From Dehalococcoidia bacterium (GTDB lineage: Bacteria > Chloroflexota > Dehalococcoidia > Lucifugimonadales > VXLM01): DNA of 64,000 bases. Positions 9,011 to 19,011 of this stretch are shown piece after piece. The position numbers and the translations under genes were made by a program. How positions within the stretch are numbered: the first letter of the stretch is position 1; every line of letters begins with the position of its first letter. Where the stretch lies: the NCBI GenBank assembly GCA_034423035.1, contig DAOUJF010000025.1, positions 349 through 64,348 of the forward strand, written 5' to 3'. The notes under the pieces were generated by a model. That model did not search any database and had not been told where the DNA came from. It saw nothing but the letters and a program-made list of their open reading frames with translations.

Positions 9011-10417
9011 CTAACCGATCGGCGGCCTCATCCGCGCAGTCTCCGACACTGCTTCCAGAGCGCTCGCCGCGTGGAGCAGAAGCCGGTCATTCAGGTGGCC
9101 CGCCGCAAGCTGCACGCCAATAGGCAGGCCGTCCGACGACATCCCGAACGGAACCGAGATCGCCGGGTGCCCGGTCATCCCGAAGGTCGCCGTGATGTTG
9201 GCGGAGTGTCCGGCGGCCGCCATTCGTCCGTCCACGTCCAGCACCGCGCTGTCGTGTGGCGGAGCCGTTACCGGAGAGGTCGGCAATAGCAGCAGATCGT
9301 GGTCGCCGAAGAACGTCGTAACGTCTCGCGATACCGACTCATGCTTGTCCATAGAGGCAAGGTACTCGGCCATCGACGGCTTTGGCAAGTTGAGGAGGGC
9401 GGAAATCGAACCGGAAAGCTCGTCCTCACGACCCTCCACAAACGGCTTGAAGTAGTGGTCGGCCTCGACGATCAGCATGTCCATCGTAAAGGCAATCGGT
9501 AGCCTGTCGCGCCAGTCGAAATCGACGTCCTCCACGATGCAGCCCAGCGACTCAAGCGCGGAGGCCGCCTTGCGGACGGTATTCTGAATTTCTCCCATGA
9601 CCGGCTCGAACGGGCCTTCCGCCATGACGCCCACGCGGAGCGGCGGCAACTCTGCCCCGAACCATGGCATGTCGTCCACGCCACGTCCAAGCGCGTACGA
9701 ATCGACGTGATCGGGACCGCTCATCACGACCAGTGACATGGCGATGTCGCGCACCGACCGCGCCATTGGGCCGATGTGCATCCTCCGCGACATTATCTCC
9801 GGCCACCCGCCTGTCAGAGGGATCAGGCCGTGAGTGGGCTTGTAACCGACGATGTTGCAGTAGTGGGACGGCAGCCTGTTTGATCCGCCGAGGTCGGTCC
9901 CGATGCCGAGCGGCGAGAGTCCCGCTGAAATGGCCGACGCCTCGCCCCCGCTGGAACCACCCGATGTCCTTTCGAGGTTCCAGGGGTTGAGTGTTCTCCC
10001 AAACAGGTCGTTCACAGTCTCCGCCGTCAGCGCGAACTCTGGACAGTTCGTCTTCCCGATGACGATAGCCCCCGCATCCTTCAGCCGCCTAACGGCGGTG
10101 GCGTCAGTCTCCGGGACTCGGTCCGCATACAGCAGCGACCCTCGCGTGCTGCGTATCCCTTCGGTGTCGAACACCTCCTTCACGGTGAAGGGAACACCAT
10201 GCAGGGGGCCCAGCGATTCGCCGCTCATCACTGCCCGTTCCGCCTCCCGCGCCTGGTCGAGAGCACAGTCGTTCGGAACCACGATGGCATTGATGGCGGA
10301 GTTTACGGAATCACTCCGGTCGAGGTGCGCTTGAACGACCTCCACCGGCGACACGTCCTTCGACCGAATCCGTTCCGCCAGTTCGGTGGCGTCGGAGTAG
10401 AACAGCTCAGATGTCAC
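9011..10417 (-). CDS. Amidase (amidase-signature family, GatA-like)
   Basis: GGSSGGEASAISAG amidase-signature motif and conserved K..S..S context. 7-nt gap to the downstream gene. Confidence 0.88.
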   Translation of the reverse strand: MTSELFYSDATELAERIRSKDVSPVEVVQAHLDRSDSVNSAINAIVVPNDCALDQAREAERAVMSGESLGPLHGVPFTVKEVFDTEGIRSTRGSLLYADRVPETDATAVRRLKDAGAIVIGKTNCPEFALTAETVNDLFGRTLNPWNLERTSGGSSGGEASAISAGLSPLGIGTDLGGSNRLPSHYCNIVGYKPTHGLIPLTGGWPEIMSRRMHIGPMARSVRDIAMSLVVMSGPDHVDSYALGRGVDDMPWFGAELPPLRVGVMAEGPFEPVMGEIQNTVRKAASALESLGCIVEDVDFDWRDRLPIAFTMDMLIVEADHYFKPFVEGREDELSGSISALLNLPKPSMAEYLASMDKHESVSRDVTTFFGDHDLLLLPTSPVTAPPHDSAVLDVDGRMAAAGHSANITATFGMTGHPAISVPFGMSSDGLPIGVQLAAGHLNDRLLLHAASALEAVSETARMRPPIG

Positions 10418-10426
10418 GACCCACTC

Positions 10427-11194
10427 CTAGTACACCGAGTATCCGCCGTCTACGGGAATCGCCGTTCCCGTCACGTAGTCCGATGCGCCGCTCGCCAGAA
10501 ACGCGGCGATGCCTGCGAAGTCCGACGGAACGCCCCAGCGACCGTCGGGAATCCTCGACGTTATCTGGGCGTGCCTCTCCGGGAATCTCTCCTGCAGCGG
10601 CGCCGTCAAATCGGTCTCGATCCAGCCCGGCAATATGGCGTTGACCTGGATGTTGTCCTTCGCCCAGGCGATGGCAAGGCTCTTCGATAGCTGGACGATT
10701 CCACCCTTGCTGGCCGCATACGGCGCGCCCCAGTCGAGACCGAAGATCGATGTCATCGAACCGATGTTGATGATCTTCCCGCCCCCCTGCCTCGCCATGT
10801 GTGGGTACGCCTCGCGACTGCACAGGAACGCTCCTCGCAGGTTCACGTCCTGCACGAGGTCCCAGTCCGCTGCTTCATAGTCCTCCGGTCGACTCCGCAC
10901 CGTAGTCCCGGCGTTGTTCACAAGGATGTCAAGACGCCCGTACCGCTCCATCGTTTCTTCAACGGCGGCCTTTATCGACCCTTCATCCGCAACGTCCAAG
11001 GAGATGCCGCAAGCGTCCGATCCCAGTGTCCGCAACTCCTCGACTGCCGCGTCGGACTTGTCCTTATTCCTCGCAGCCACGACGACCGCGGCGTTCGCGC
11101 CGGCCAGTCCCATGGCGATCCCTAGACCTATCCCGCCGTTCCCGCCTGTAACAATTGCGACTCTGCCTGTGAGGTCGAATAGCTCCGTTGACAT
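10427..11194 (-). CDS. SDR-family oxidoreductase (classical short-chain dehydrogenase)
   Basis: VAIVTGGNGGIGLG cofactor motif, NNAG, YAASKGG catalytic YxxxK. Start chosen at the Met preceded by GAGGA. Confidence 0.88.
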   Translation of the reverse strand: MSTELFDLTGRVAIVTGGNGGIGLGIAMGLAGANAAVVVAARNKDKSDAAVEELRTLGSDACGISLDVADEGSIKAAVEETMERYGRLDILVNNAGTTVRSRPEDYEAADWDLVQDVNLRGAFLCSREAYPHMARQGGGKIINIGSMTSIFGLDWGAPYAASKGGIVQLSKSLAIAWAKDNIQVNAILPGWIETDLTAPLQERFPERHAQITSRIPDGRWGVPSDFAGIAAFLASGASDYVTGTAIPVDGGYSVY

Positions 11195-11357
11195 TCCCAT
11201 TCCTCGACAATTGCACGCCTGAGTTGTCGTGGAATAGTACTCCATAGCCAGGCGCTCCGCTAGGGCGTATTTCAAGACCTTGTGGTATCCTAAATCGCCC
11301 TTAAGACGACTTGTAACAGCGACCCTTACTCCCCGAATTCAAGGACATCCCCGTTTC

Positions 11358-12416
11358 GTGAATCTATCCGTCGTTCGACATCGCTTGGAGCAGCGCGAGG
11401 ACTCGCTTTCGCCCTTCGCGGCCCGCTCGAAGGACAGCCATCGCGAGCTACCGGAAGATCCTTCCGACGTTCGCACCGAGTACCAGCGCGACCGCGACCG
11501 CATCATTCACTCCAAGGCGTTCCGGCGGTTGAAGCACAAGACGCAGGTCTTCATCGCCCCGTCGGGCGACCACTACGTCACCCGCTTGACGCACACGCTG
11601 GAGGTCGCGCAGATCGCCCGGACCATAGCCCGCGCGCTCAACCTCAACGAGGACCTGGCGGAGGCCATCGCACTTGGTCACGACCTCGGCCACACCCCGT
11701 TCGGCCACGTCGGGGAGAAGGAGGTCGACGAGCTTCACCCTGCCGGTTTCACGCACGCGAGCCAGAGCCTTCGCATCGTCGAAAAGCTTGAACGGGAGGG
11801 GCGGGGGTTGAATCTGACATTCGATGTCCGGCATGGCATAGTGAGCCACTCCAAGCCCAAGGGCGACGTCATGGGCGGTGCGACCCCGGAAGACCTGACC
11901 CTGGAGGCGCAGATCGTTCGACTGTCCGACGCCGTCGCCTACCTGAACCATGATATCCCTGACGCCTTCCGTGCAGGGGTTCTCAAATACGACGACATGC
12001 CGAAGGTCGTGAAGGAACGGCTCGGCGACAGGCACTCGAAGCGAATCGACGCGATGGTCACCGACATCGTGACTGCATCATGGGCCGCCACCGGCGAGAA
12101 CGGTCTTGGTTCCCGGCCCGTCATAAGTATGAGCGACGAGATGCGGGAGACCGTCAACGTCCTGCGCGACTTCATGTTCGAGCGATTCTACGTGCCCGAA
12201 GACGAGGGCGAGGAGGGAATCGCAGCCCGCGAGATCGTTCGCCTGCTGTACCGGCATTTCGACGACAATCGGAGTACAATACCCGGCGAGTACCATGACG
12301 AGGAGTGTGCCGTGGTCGACTACATCGCAGGGATGACCGATCAGTACGCTATCCGCATGGCGGAACGCATCGAGCCCGGCATCGGCAAGGTCTTTGCCAT
12401 GAGAAGGGTCGGATGA
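11358..12416 (+). CDS. dgt: dGTPase-like HD-domain triphosphohydrolase (Dgt family)
   Basis: YQRDRDRIIHSKAFRRLKHKTQVF and THTLEVAQIAR..LGHDLGHTPFGH motifs. GTG start uncertain (the track ORF begins at 11280). Confidence 0.85.
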   Translation: MNLSVVRHRLEQREDSLSPFAARSKDSHRELPEDPSDVRTEYQRDRDRIIHSKAFRRLKHKTQVFIAPSGDHYVTRLTHTLEVAQIARTIARALNLNEDLAEAIALGHDLGHTPFGHVGEKEVDELHPAGFTHASQSLRIVEKLEREGRGLNLTFDVRHGIVSHSKPKGDVMGGATPEDLTLEAQIVRLSDAVAYLNHDIPDAFRAGVLKYDDMPKVVKERLGDRHSKRIDAMVTDIVTASWAATGENGLGSRPVISMSDEMRETVNVLRDFMFERFYVPEDEGEEGIAAREIVRLLYRHFDDNRSTIPGEYHDEECAVVDYIAGMTDQYAIRMAERIEPGIGKVFAMRRVG

Positions 12417-12664
12417 CCCCGAACGACCGAGTCCTCACACGCCTCGTCCGCAACCAAACGAAGCTCATTCAAGAGCACCTCGAAGCGATGCAGCGCGATA
12501 CGCACGGCGTGGAATACGCCCGGTGGCGGCGAGAGGTCGACGATATCTGGAAGGGAGTCTTCGAGAACGTCAACGAGATGCAGCCGGAGCCGCAGATGGA
12601 AACACTCGAAGAGATTCGTGAGCTCTGGACGATGTATGTAGCGCACTACGTTGGCGACCAATAG
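12413..12664 (+). CDS. Hypothetical small acidic helical protein
   Basis: Its ATG overlaps the dgt stop (ATGA). No recognisable motif. Confidence 0.45.
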   Translation: MTPNDRVLTRLVRNQTKLIQEHLEAMQRDTHGVEYARWRREVDDIWKGVFENVNEMQPEPQMETLEEIRELWTMYVAHYVGDQ

Positions 12665-12676
12665 ACGAGGCGAAAC

Positions 12677-13030
12677 ATGACGGAAATCACACCCGACCTC
12701 CCGCACGCCCGGCACACGGCACTCATGGCTCACGCCATCGTTGTGCGTCTTAAAGAGATGGGGCTGCCGGAGGAGCTTGACGAGGACCTTGGAACGCTCT
12801 CCACCGATCTCGGAGACATCTGGGCGGCGCACAAGACCCTCGCTGCCCGCTTCGATGACCTCATCGACAGAGCCGACGACTGGGAGTCAGTCGCGGACTG
12901 CCTCGTCGATCTCCGCGCCGCAGTCGACCACATCGGAATGCACGTCGAGACGGCACGTGAACCTATCGACCGGGTGGCGCGGTACGCCTATGAGCAGGTA
13001 GAGTCTTCCGAAAACGGTTCCGGAGTCTGA
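12677..13030 (+). CDS. Hypothetical acidic helical protein
   Basis: GAGG RBS 7 nt upstream of the ATG. Coding-like codon usage. No recognisable motif. Confidence 0.5.
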   Translation: MTEITPDLPHARHTALMAHAIVVRLKEMGLPEELDEDLGTLSTDLGDIWAAHKTLAARFDDLIDRADDWESVADCLVDLRAAVDHIGMHVETAREPIDRVARYAYEQVESSENGSGV

Positions 13031-13051
13031 ATCGAATCGACCCATGTAACA

Positions 13052-13124
13052 CCGATTGGGTGTGATGAGGCCGTGTTCTCTGCTGACTGGGCTTTCTGGA
13101 TTCCTGCCTTCGCAGGAATGACGG
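13052..13124. repeat. Family B intergenic repeat, copy B1 (ccaattgggtgtgatgaggccgt module + GGATTCCTGCcttcGCAGGAATgacgg hairpin)
   Basis: Shares both modules with copies at 53150, 54357 and 54513. Confidence 0.8.
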
Positions 13125-13198
13125 GTTGGTATACTGTGTCACGTAGTTTGGGGTGTATTCAAAACGAACTGGCATAACACCATAGGAACGGAGCAGGC

Positions 13199-15001
13199 AT
13201 GTCCGTAGTCGATGACATACGAGACAAGCTCGACATCGTGGAAGTTATCTCCGGCTACGTCCCGCTGAAGAAGGCCGGACGCAACTACAAGGCGCGCTGC
13301 CCCTTCCATACGGAGAAGACGCCCTCGTTCACGGTGAGCCCGGAGCGCCAGACTTGGCGCTGCTTCGGCGCGTGCGCGACCGGCGGCGACATCTTCAACT
13401 TCGTCATGCGCAAGGAGGGCGTGGAGTTCGGAGAGGCCCTCAGGCGTCTCGCCGAGACCGCTGGCGTGGAGGTCACCAGCCGTCCCAAGGAGCAGGTGGA
13501 CCTGGAGGAGTCCCTCTTCCGAGTAAACCAGGAGGCCGCCCGCTATTACAACGAGATGCTCAAGTCTCCAGAGGGTAGGGCGGCGCTCAAGTACCTCGAG
13601 GACCGGGGCATCGACGAAAAGGCAATCGAAGAGTTTCATCTCGGATACAGCCCAAGAGGCCGCGACCGTCTGAAGACGCACCTGTCGACCCTTGACGCCA
13701 ATCTCGGCCACGCCACTCAGGCCGGTCTCCTCCGAAGCGATGATGAAGGTAATGTCCGGGACTTCTTCTTCGGTCGCCTCATGGTCCCGATATTCAACCG
13801 CCGCGGAAGGGTCGCCGGATTCGGCGGACGTTCTCTGGACGGCTCCAACCCCAAGTACATCAACACCGTAGCCACGCCTATCTTTGACAAGCAGGCCACT
13901 CTCTACGCTCTCGACAAGGCTGCAACGACCATTCGAGAACGGGAGACGGCCATCATCGTCGAAGGGTACATGGACGTCATTGCCGCCCACCAGCACGACC
14001 GCAAGAACGTCGTAGCCTCCATGGGTACGGCCCTCACGGAACGGCAGGTGTATCTCATCCGAAGTATGGCCAAGACGGTCACTCTGGCCCTCGACGCTGA
14101 CACTGCCGGACAGGAGGCGACCGTCAGGAGCCTGGAAGCGTCGTGGCGCGCCATGGAACGCCGCAGGTTCGGACAACGAGAAGAGGTAAAGCTCCTCATC
14201 GCCGAGATGCCCGAAGGCCGCGACCCGGATGACCTCATCCGTGAGTCCCCTGACCAATGGGACGAAATCGTACGCTCAGCCGTCCCCTACATGGACTATC
14301 TCATTCCTGCAATGGCGCGAAGGTACGACGTCAGCTCATCCCAGGGGAAGATGCAGGCGGTTGAGGCCCTCATGCCGATCATACAATCGATGAGCAACGC
14401 ATTCGATCAGGACCGCTATTTCGGCCAGTTGGCGAGTGCGCTCAATGTTACGCGGGAGCAGCTCCAGGCAAGCATCGGGAAGCTGCGTCCTGCCGGTCGT
14501 CCCCGCGCACCCGAACGTGCCCGTGCCAACGTCCCAGCACCAAACACAACCGAGTCTCCCCTCGCGGCGGCAGAGCGAGAGCCGCTTGAAGAGTTCGTGT
14601 TGTCCGCACTGCTACGCTGGCCTGATCTCAAGGAAGACGTGGGACATCATACGCCCGATGAATTCCGCCGGACGGAGAACCGTGAGCTATTTACTCAACT
14701 GCTCATTGCGGGTACAATAGATGAGTTGCAACAGCACCTCGACGAGACCCTTCGCGTTCACTCTGAGTACCTTAGAGAACTAGACCTGAAGCCCACGAAC
14801 CGCCAAACGGCTCCTCAGGCTGTGAGACAGGCCCTAACTCGACTGGAGCAGCGCTACTTGCGAGATCGGCAGGCCGAGATTTTGGAGTCCCAAGAACCCG
14901 GCGCTCCCCTGCCCAAAGACGTTCAGGACTCTATCGTAAACGTCAACTCCAAGCTGAAGGAAAGCTACCTCGTAGGAGCGCGCGAAAAACCGCGTGGCTA
15001 A
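13199..15001 (+). CDS. dnaG: DNA primase
   Basis: CHC2 zinc finger CPFHTEKTPSFTV..WRCFGCATGGD, TOPRIM segment EGYMDV and DAD. Located upstream of rpoD. Confidence 0.95.
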   Translation: MSVVDDIRDKLDIVEVISGYVPLKKAGRNYKARCPFHTEKTPSFTVSPERQTWRCFGACATGGDIFNFVMRKEGVEFGEALRRLAETAGVEVTSRPKEQVDLEESLFRVNQEAARYYNEMLKSPEGRAALKYLEDRGIDEKAIEEFHLGYSPRGRDRLKTHLSTLDANLGHATQAGLLRSDDEGNVRDFFFGRLMVPIFNRRGRVAGFGGRSLDGSNPKYINTVATPIFDKQATLYALDKAATTIRERETAIIVEGYMDVIAAHQHDRKNVVASMGTALTERQVYLIRSMAKTVTLALDADTAGQEATVRSLEASWRAMERRRFGQREEVKLLIAEMPEGRDPDDLIRESPDQWDEIVRSAVPYMDYLIPAMARRYDVSSSQGKMQAVEALMPIIQSMSNAFDQDRYFGQLASALNVTREQLQASIGKLRPAGRPRAPERARANVPAPNTTESPLAAAEREPLEEFVLSALLRWPDLKEDVGHHTPDEFRRTENRELFTQLLIAGTIDELQQHLDETLRVHSEYLRELDLKPTNRQTAPQAVRQALTRLEQRYLRDRQAEILESQEPGAPLPKDVQDSIVNVNSKLKESYLVGAREKPRG

Positions 15002-15073
15002 TGCCGTCGTATAATACCTCGCCCTACTTTAAGCGAAATAACCAAGTAACTGCACGAGACTGGAGGTCACCGG

Positions 15074-16624
15074 ATGGATATAGAGCGTCCCAAGCGGCGT
15101 GACGATGACAGAGACTTGCTGCGAGATCTGGCCGGTGGGGGATCCGACCAGATTTTCCCTATAGACGGTTCTCCGGAAGTCAGACGCGTGGACGACGACG
15201 AGACCGAATCCGGGATAATCAATCCTGCGGCCACTCCGTCCGATGACTCGACAGAGCCTTCAGACGCGGATGTCGAGGCGGAACAGCGTGAAGAGGCTGA
15301 GGCCGAGGCACAGGCCGCGTGGCAGGAGAGCATCGAGTCGTCCGAGATGATTGACGACCCAGTCCGCATGTACCTTCGCGAGATCGGGCGTGTCAGCCTG
15401 CTGAAGGCAGCCGATGAGCGGCATCTTGCAAAGCAGATGGAAGCCGCCAAGCATATCGAACGCCTCGAGGAAGAGCTTACCAGCCCCGAAGGCCGTCCGC
15501 CCCGCGCATGGCAGGTAGTCAACCAACTCTTGTCCCGGGCCGTTGAGGGACAGGAACTGGCAACTGCGCTGAGCAAGTACGGCGGTCTTCCCGGTGACTT
15601 GACCTTCAAGGAAATCGTGACCAACCAGGAATTCCGCAACGTCCTTGACGGTGACATCACAGAAGAGCTGATGATCTTCGCCGAAGACGCCATGAACGTC
15701 TCCCAGGACGAGGCCAAGCAGCTCATCCAGGAGCTCTCGCTGGACACTCGGCTGCTGCCGCCGGAAATCATGACGAATTTCGATGACTCGGCCACGATGG
15801 ACGACGTCAAGAAACAGATCAACGAGATCGATTTCACCCGTCATCTCGACACGCACGAGATCCTGTTCAAGGGTTTCTTTGCACGAGTGAAGGCTGAGGG
15901 AACGACTGCTCAAAACCATCTGGCGGAGGCAAACCTTCGACTGGTCGTCAGCGTCGCCAAGAAGTACATCGGACGCGGCATGTCCCTGCTCGATCTCATC
16001 CAGGAGGGGAACATTGGCCTGATCCGCGCGGTCGAAAAGTTCGACTACCGCAAGGGCTACAAGTTCAGCACGTACGCGACGTGGTGGATCCGTCAGGCCA
16101 TTACCAGGGCCATCGCCGACCAGGCCCGCACTATTCGCATACCCGTCCACATGGTCGAGACCATCAACAAACTCCTGCGCGTGAGCCGCCGTCTCGTCCA
16201 GGAGTACGGTCGCGAGCCGAGCAGCGAAGAGATCGGGTCGGGCATGGAGATAACCCCGGAAAAGGTCCGGGAGATCCTCAAGATTTCCCAGGAGCCGGTT
16301 TCCCTCGAAACGCCCATCGGCGAAGAGGAAGACAGCCATCTTGGTGACTTCATCGAGGACCGCAGCGCCCTCGCCCCCTCGGAGGCGGCGTCATACCAGC
16401 TCCTGAAGGAGCAGGTCGACGACGTGCTCTACACGCTGAGCGAACGCGAGGCCCGGGTACTGCAACTGCGTTTCGGCCTTGAGGACGGTCGTGGCCGGAC
16501 CCTGGAAGAGGTGGGACGGGACTTCGGCGTCACCCGTGAGCGCATTCGCCAGATCGAGGCCAAGGCCCTCCGTAAACTGCGGCAGCCCAACCGCTCGAAG
16601 AAGCTGCGCGACTTCCTGGAATAG
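15074..16624 (+). CDS. rpoD: Primary RNA polymerase sigma factor (sigma-70 family, group 1)
   Basis: Region 1.2 [11 protein letters not shown], region 2 [48 protein letters not shown], region 4 [19 protein letters not shown]. Confidence 0.96.
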   Translation: MDIERPKRRDDDRDLLRDLAGGGSDQIFPIDGSPEVRRVDDDETESGIINPAATPSDDSTEPSDADVEAEQREEAEAEAQAAWQESIESSEMIDDPVRMYLREIGRVSLLKAADERHLAKQMEAAKHIERLEEELTSPEGRPPRAWQVVNQLLSRAVEGQELATALSKYGGLPGDLTFKEIVTNQEFRNVLDGDITEELMIFAEDAMNVSQDEAKQLIQELSLDTRLLPPEIMTNFDDSATMDDVKKQINEIDFTRHLDTHEILFKGFFARVKAEGTTAQNHLAEANLRLVVSVAKKYIGRGMSLLDLIQEGNIGLIRAVEKFDYRKGYKFSTYATWWIRQAITRAIADQARTIRIPVHMVETINKLLRVSRRLVQEYGREPSSEEIGSGMEITPEKVREILKISQEPVSLETPIGEEEDSHLGDFIEDRSALAPSEAASYQLLKEQVDDVLYTLSEREARVLQLRFGLEDGRGRTLEEVGRDFGVTRERIRQIEAKALRKLRQPNRSKKLRDFLE

Positions 16625-16628
16625 CCAC

Positions 16629-17723
16629 GTGAGCGTTGCGGGACCGGCCAAGCCGAAAGTCGCGGTCGTCTACACATCGCCCGACACGGTAATCGAAGAT
16701 ATCGGCCGCGCGATGCGGCTCGCCGATTACCAGTCGCACTTGCCCGGCGATCTCGCAACGCTGCTGAAGATCAACATCTCCTGGCAGCAATACTACCCTG
16801 CGTGCTCCACCAGCCCGTGGCAGCTTGACGGCGTCATCCAGACCCTTAAGCGAGACGGCTATGGCGACCTCATACCCGCGCACAACGGCACGGTAGTCGT
16901 AGACCCCGTCGAGGGAGCGCAGAAGAACAAGCACAGCGCCGTTGAGCGCAAGCACGGTCTCGAAAGCGTCTTCTTGGACTTCCCGCCCGTCAAATGGGTC
17001 GACTACACGCCCAAGACTAAACTGATTGCCCTCGATGAGATCTACCCGGAAGGATTCCAAATTCCGGAGATGTTCTTCGGCAAGAACATCGTCCACCTTC
17101 CGACGATGAAGACCCACGTCTTCACCACGATCACAGGAGCGATGAAGAACGCCTTCGGCGGGCTCCTGAACCGCAAGCGCCACTGGACGCACTCGGTCAT
17201 CCACGAGACTCTCGTCGATCTCCTGAGCATCCAGAAGGAGATACACCCCGGCATCTTCGCCGTCACCGACGGCACCTTCGCGGGAGATGGACCCGGCCCT
17301 CGCGCCATGAGGTGGCATGAAAAGAACGTCATTCTAGCCGGGGCCGATCAGGTTGCCGTCGATGCCGTATCGGCCAAGATGATGGGCTTCGACCCCATGA
17401 GCATAAAGTTCATCCGGCTGGCCCACGAGATGGGCATCGGTGCCGGAGAGATGCAGGACATCGAGATCGTCGGCGAGGATATCTCGGACGTCGACTGGAA
17501 GATGGGAGGCACGGAGAACACATTCGCCAGCAAAGGGCAGAAGCTCATCTACTGGGGCCCGCTCAAGCCGTTGGAAAACGTTTTGCTTCGATCCCCCATC
17601 GCGCCATGGTCGTTCGTAGCGTCCAACCTCTATCACAACACCTACTGGATGCGGTTCATCGGTCGGAGGCGTGTCAGAGCCGCCATGAAGACCGGTTGGG
17701 GCCGTCTCTTCCAGCAGTATTGA
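16629..17723 (+). CDS. DUF362 domain-containing protein
   Basis: KVAVVYT.., LLKINISW, HLPTMKTH, DGTFAGDGPGP follow the DUF362 pattern. GTG start 5 nt after the rpoD stop. The longer track ORF overlaps rpoD. Confidence 0.7.
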   Translation: MSVAGPAKPKVAVVYTSPDTVIEDIGRAMRLADYQSHLPGDLATLLKINISWQQYYPACSTSPWQLDGVIQTLKRDGYGDLIPAHNGTVVVDPVEGAQKNKHSAVERKHGLESVFLDFPPVKWVDYTPKTKLIALDEIYPEGFQIPEMFFGKNIVHLPTMKTHVFTTITGAMKNAFGGLLNRKRHWTHSVIHETLVDLLSIQKEIHPGIFAVTDGTFAGDGPGPRAMRWHEKNVILAGADQVAVDAVSAKMMGFDPMSIKFIRLAHEMGIGAGEMQDIEIVGEDISDVDWKMGGTENTFASKGQKLIYWGPLKPLENVLLRSPIAPWSFVASNLYHNTYWMRFIGRRRVRAAMKTGWGRLFQQY

Positions 17724-17798
17724 ATACCTCATTCAGCGTAGGCGACGGATGTTGTGGCTCTGCCCACCCCAAGAATCTAACCAAGGAGCAATCCTTCC

Positions 17799-18941
17799 AT
17801 GCACCTGATTCAGGCAAACGAAAAACTCCAAGCCGAGCACGGCGTCGTCGCCGACTATGCCGACGAGTTCTTCGGCTACTTCGGTTGGCCGACTGTCGCC
17901 CGCATGGATGACGGCACGCTCATCGTCTCGTCATCCGGCCTGCGCAACTACCACGTCTGCCCGTTCGGGCGGACCGTTATCTGCACCAGCATCGACGATG
18001 GCCGCACGTGGACGAGTCCCCGCGTCATCAACGACACCCCCCTAGACGATCGTGACTCCGGCATCATCTCCCTCGGCGGGCGCAAGCTGCTGGTGACCTG
18101 GTTCTCCGTCGATGCGCGAGGAGCGACGCCCTCTGAGCATCAGCTGAGCCTGGGTCCACAAGACGCCGAACGCTGGCAGCAGGGGCTTGGCAACATGACC
18201 GACGAGGCCACCGAGCGCTACGGAGGCTCGTGGGTCAGGACGAGCGACGACGGCGGCCTCACGTGGGACCGTACCGTTAGGGTGGCAGTCTCTTCGCCGC
18301 ACGGCCCGAATCGACTCGCCAACGGCGATCTCGTCTACCTTGGCAAGACCGTGGCATCCGATGAGATCGGCAAGGTCATGAACGCCGGATCGATTGGCCT
18401 CATCCGAAGCAGCGACGGAGGACGTTCATGGATGGCACAGGGCTCCGTGCCCCTGCCGGAAGGGGTCGCTATCGAGTGCTTCCACGAGCCGCACGTCGTG
18501 GAGCTGGGCGACGGACGCCTGCTCGGACTGATCCGCTACGACCCGAACCACCACGACTACGGCAACCGCCAGCCCGGCCAGACCGATTTCCAGATGTGCC
18601 AGTCGATTTCCAGTGACGGCGGAAAGACCTGGACCACGGCGGAGATCATGGACTTCCACGGCTCGCCACCCCATCTGCTTCGACACTCAAGCGGTACCCT
18701 TGTAACCACATATGGCTATCGCGAGAAACCGTACGGAATCCGGGCCATGCTCAGCCATGACGACGGAGACATCTGGCGGTACGACTACATCCTCCGCGAC
18801 GAAGGGCCGCATCCCGACTTGGGCTACCCGTCAAGCGTCGAGCTTGGCGACGGGAGCATCCTCACCGTCTACTACCAACGGCCCCGCTCGGTCGACGACA
18901 AATGTGCCCTCCTCTGGAGCCGTTGGCGCCTGCCTGCCTAA
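17799..18941 (+). CDS. BNR/Asp-box repeat glycoside hydrolase (sialidase-like beta-propeller)
   Basis: Five Asp-box-like motifs: SIDDGRTW, TSDDGGLTW, SSDGGRSW, SSDGGKTW, SHDDGDIW. Confidence 0.8.
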   Translation: MHLIQANEKLQAEHGVVADYADEFFGYFGWPTVARMDDGTLIVSSSGLRNYHVCPFGRTVICTSIDDGRTWTSPRVINDTPLDDRDSGIISLGGRKLLVTWFSVDARGATPSEHQLSLGPQDAERWQQGLGNMTDEATERYGGSWVRTSDDGGLTWDRTVRVAVSSPHGPNRLANGDLVYLGKTVASDEIGKVMNAGSIGLIRSSDGGRSWMAQGSVPLPEGVAIECFHEPHVVELGDGRLLGLIRYDPNHHDYGNRQPGQTDFQMCQSISSDGGKTWTTAEIMDFHGSPPHLLRHSSGTLVTTYGYREKPYGIRAMLSHDDGDIWRYDYILRDEGPHPDLGYPSSVELGDGSILTVYYQRPRSVDDKCALLWSRWRLPA

Positions 18942-19011
18942 ACCGTTCATGCATCCGGCGTCGAAAATATCGTAAGCTATGGAAAACCAGCTACCATCGG
19001 TGAACAGTTAC

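Noticed and set aside
13139-14257. 372-aa ORF on the minus strand
   Set aside because: It is entirely antisense to dnaG, which has an unambiguous primase zinc finger and TOPRIM motifs. Its Arg/Gly/Val-rich composition is typical of shadow ORFs in high-GC DNA.
15260-16339. 359-aa ORF on the minus strand (also 15067..15837)
   Set aside because: Antisense to rpoD. It has no motifs and is a shadow ORF.
16479-16628. N-terminal 50-aa extension of the DUF362 ORF overlapping the rpoD 3-prime end
   Set aside because: The extension lies in an alternative frame of rpoD. A GTG 5 nt after the rpoD stop gives a start consistent with the family (KVAVVYT).
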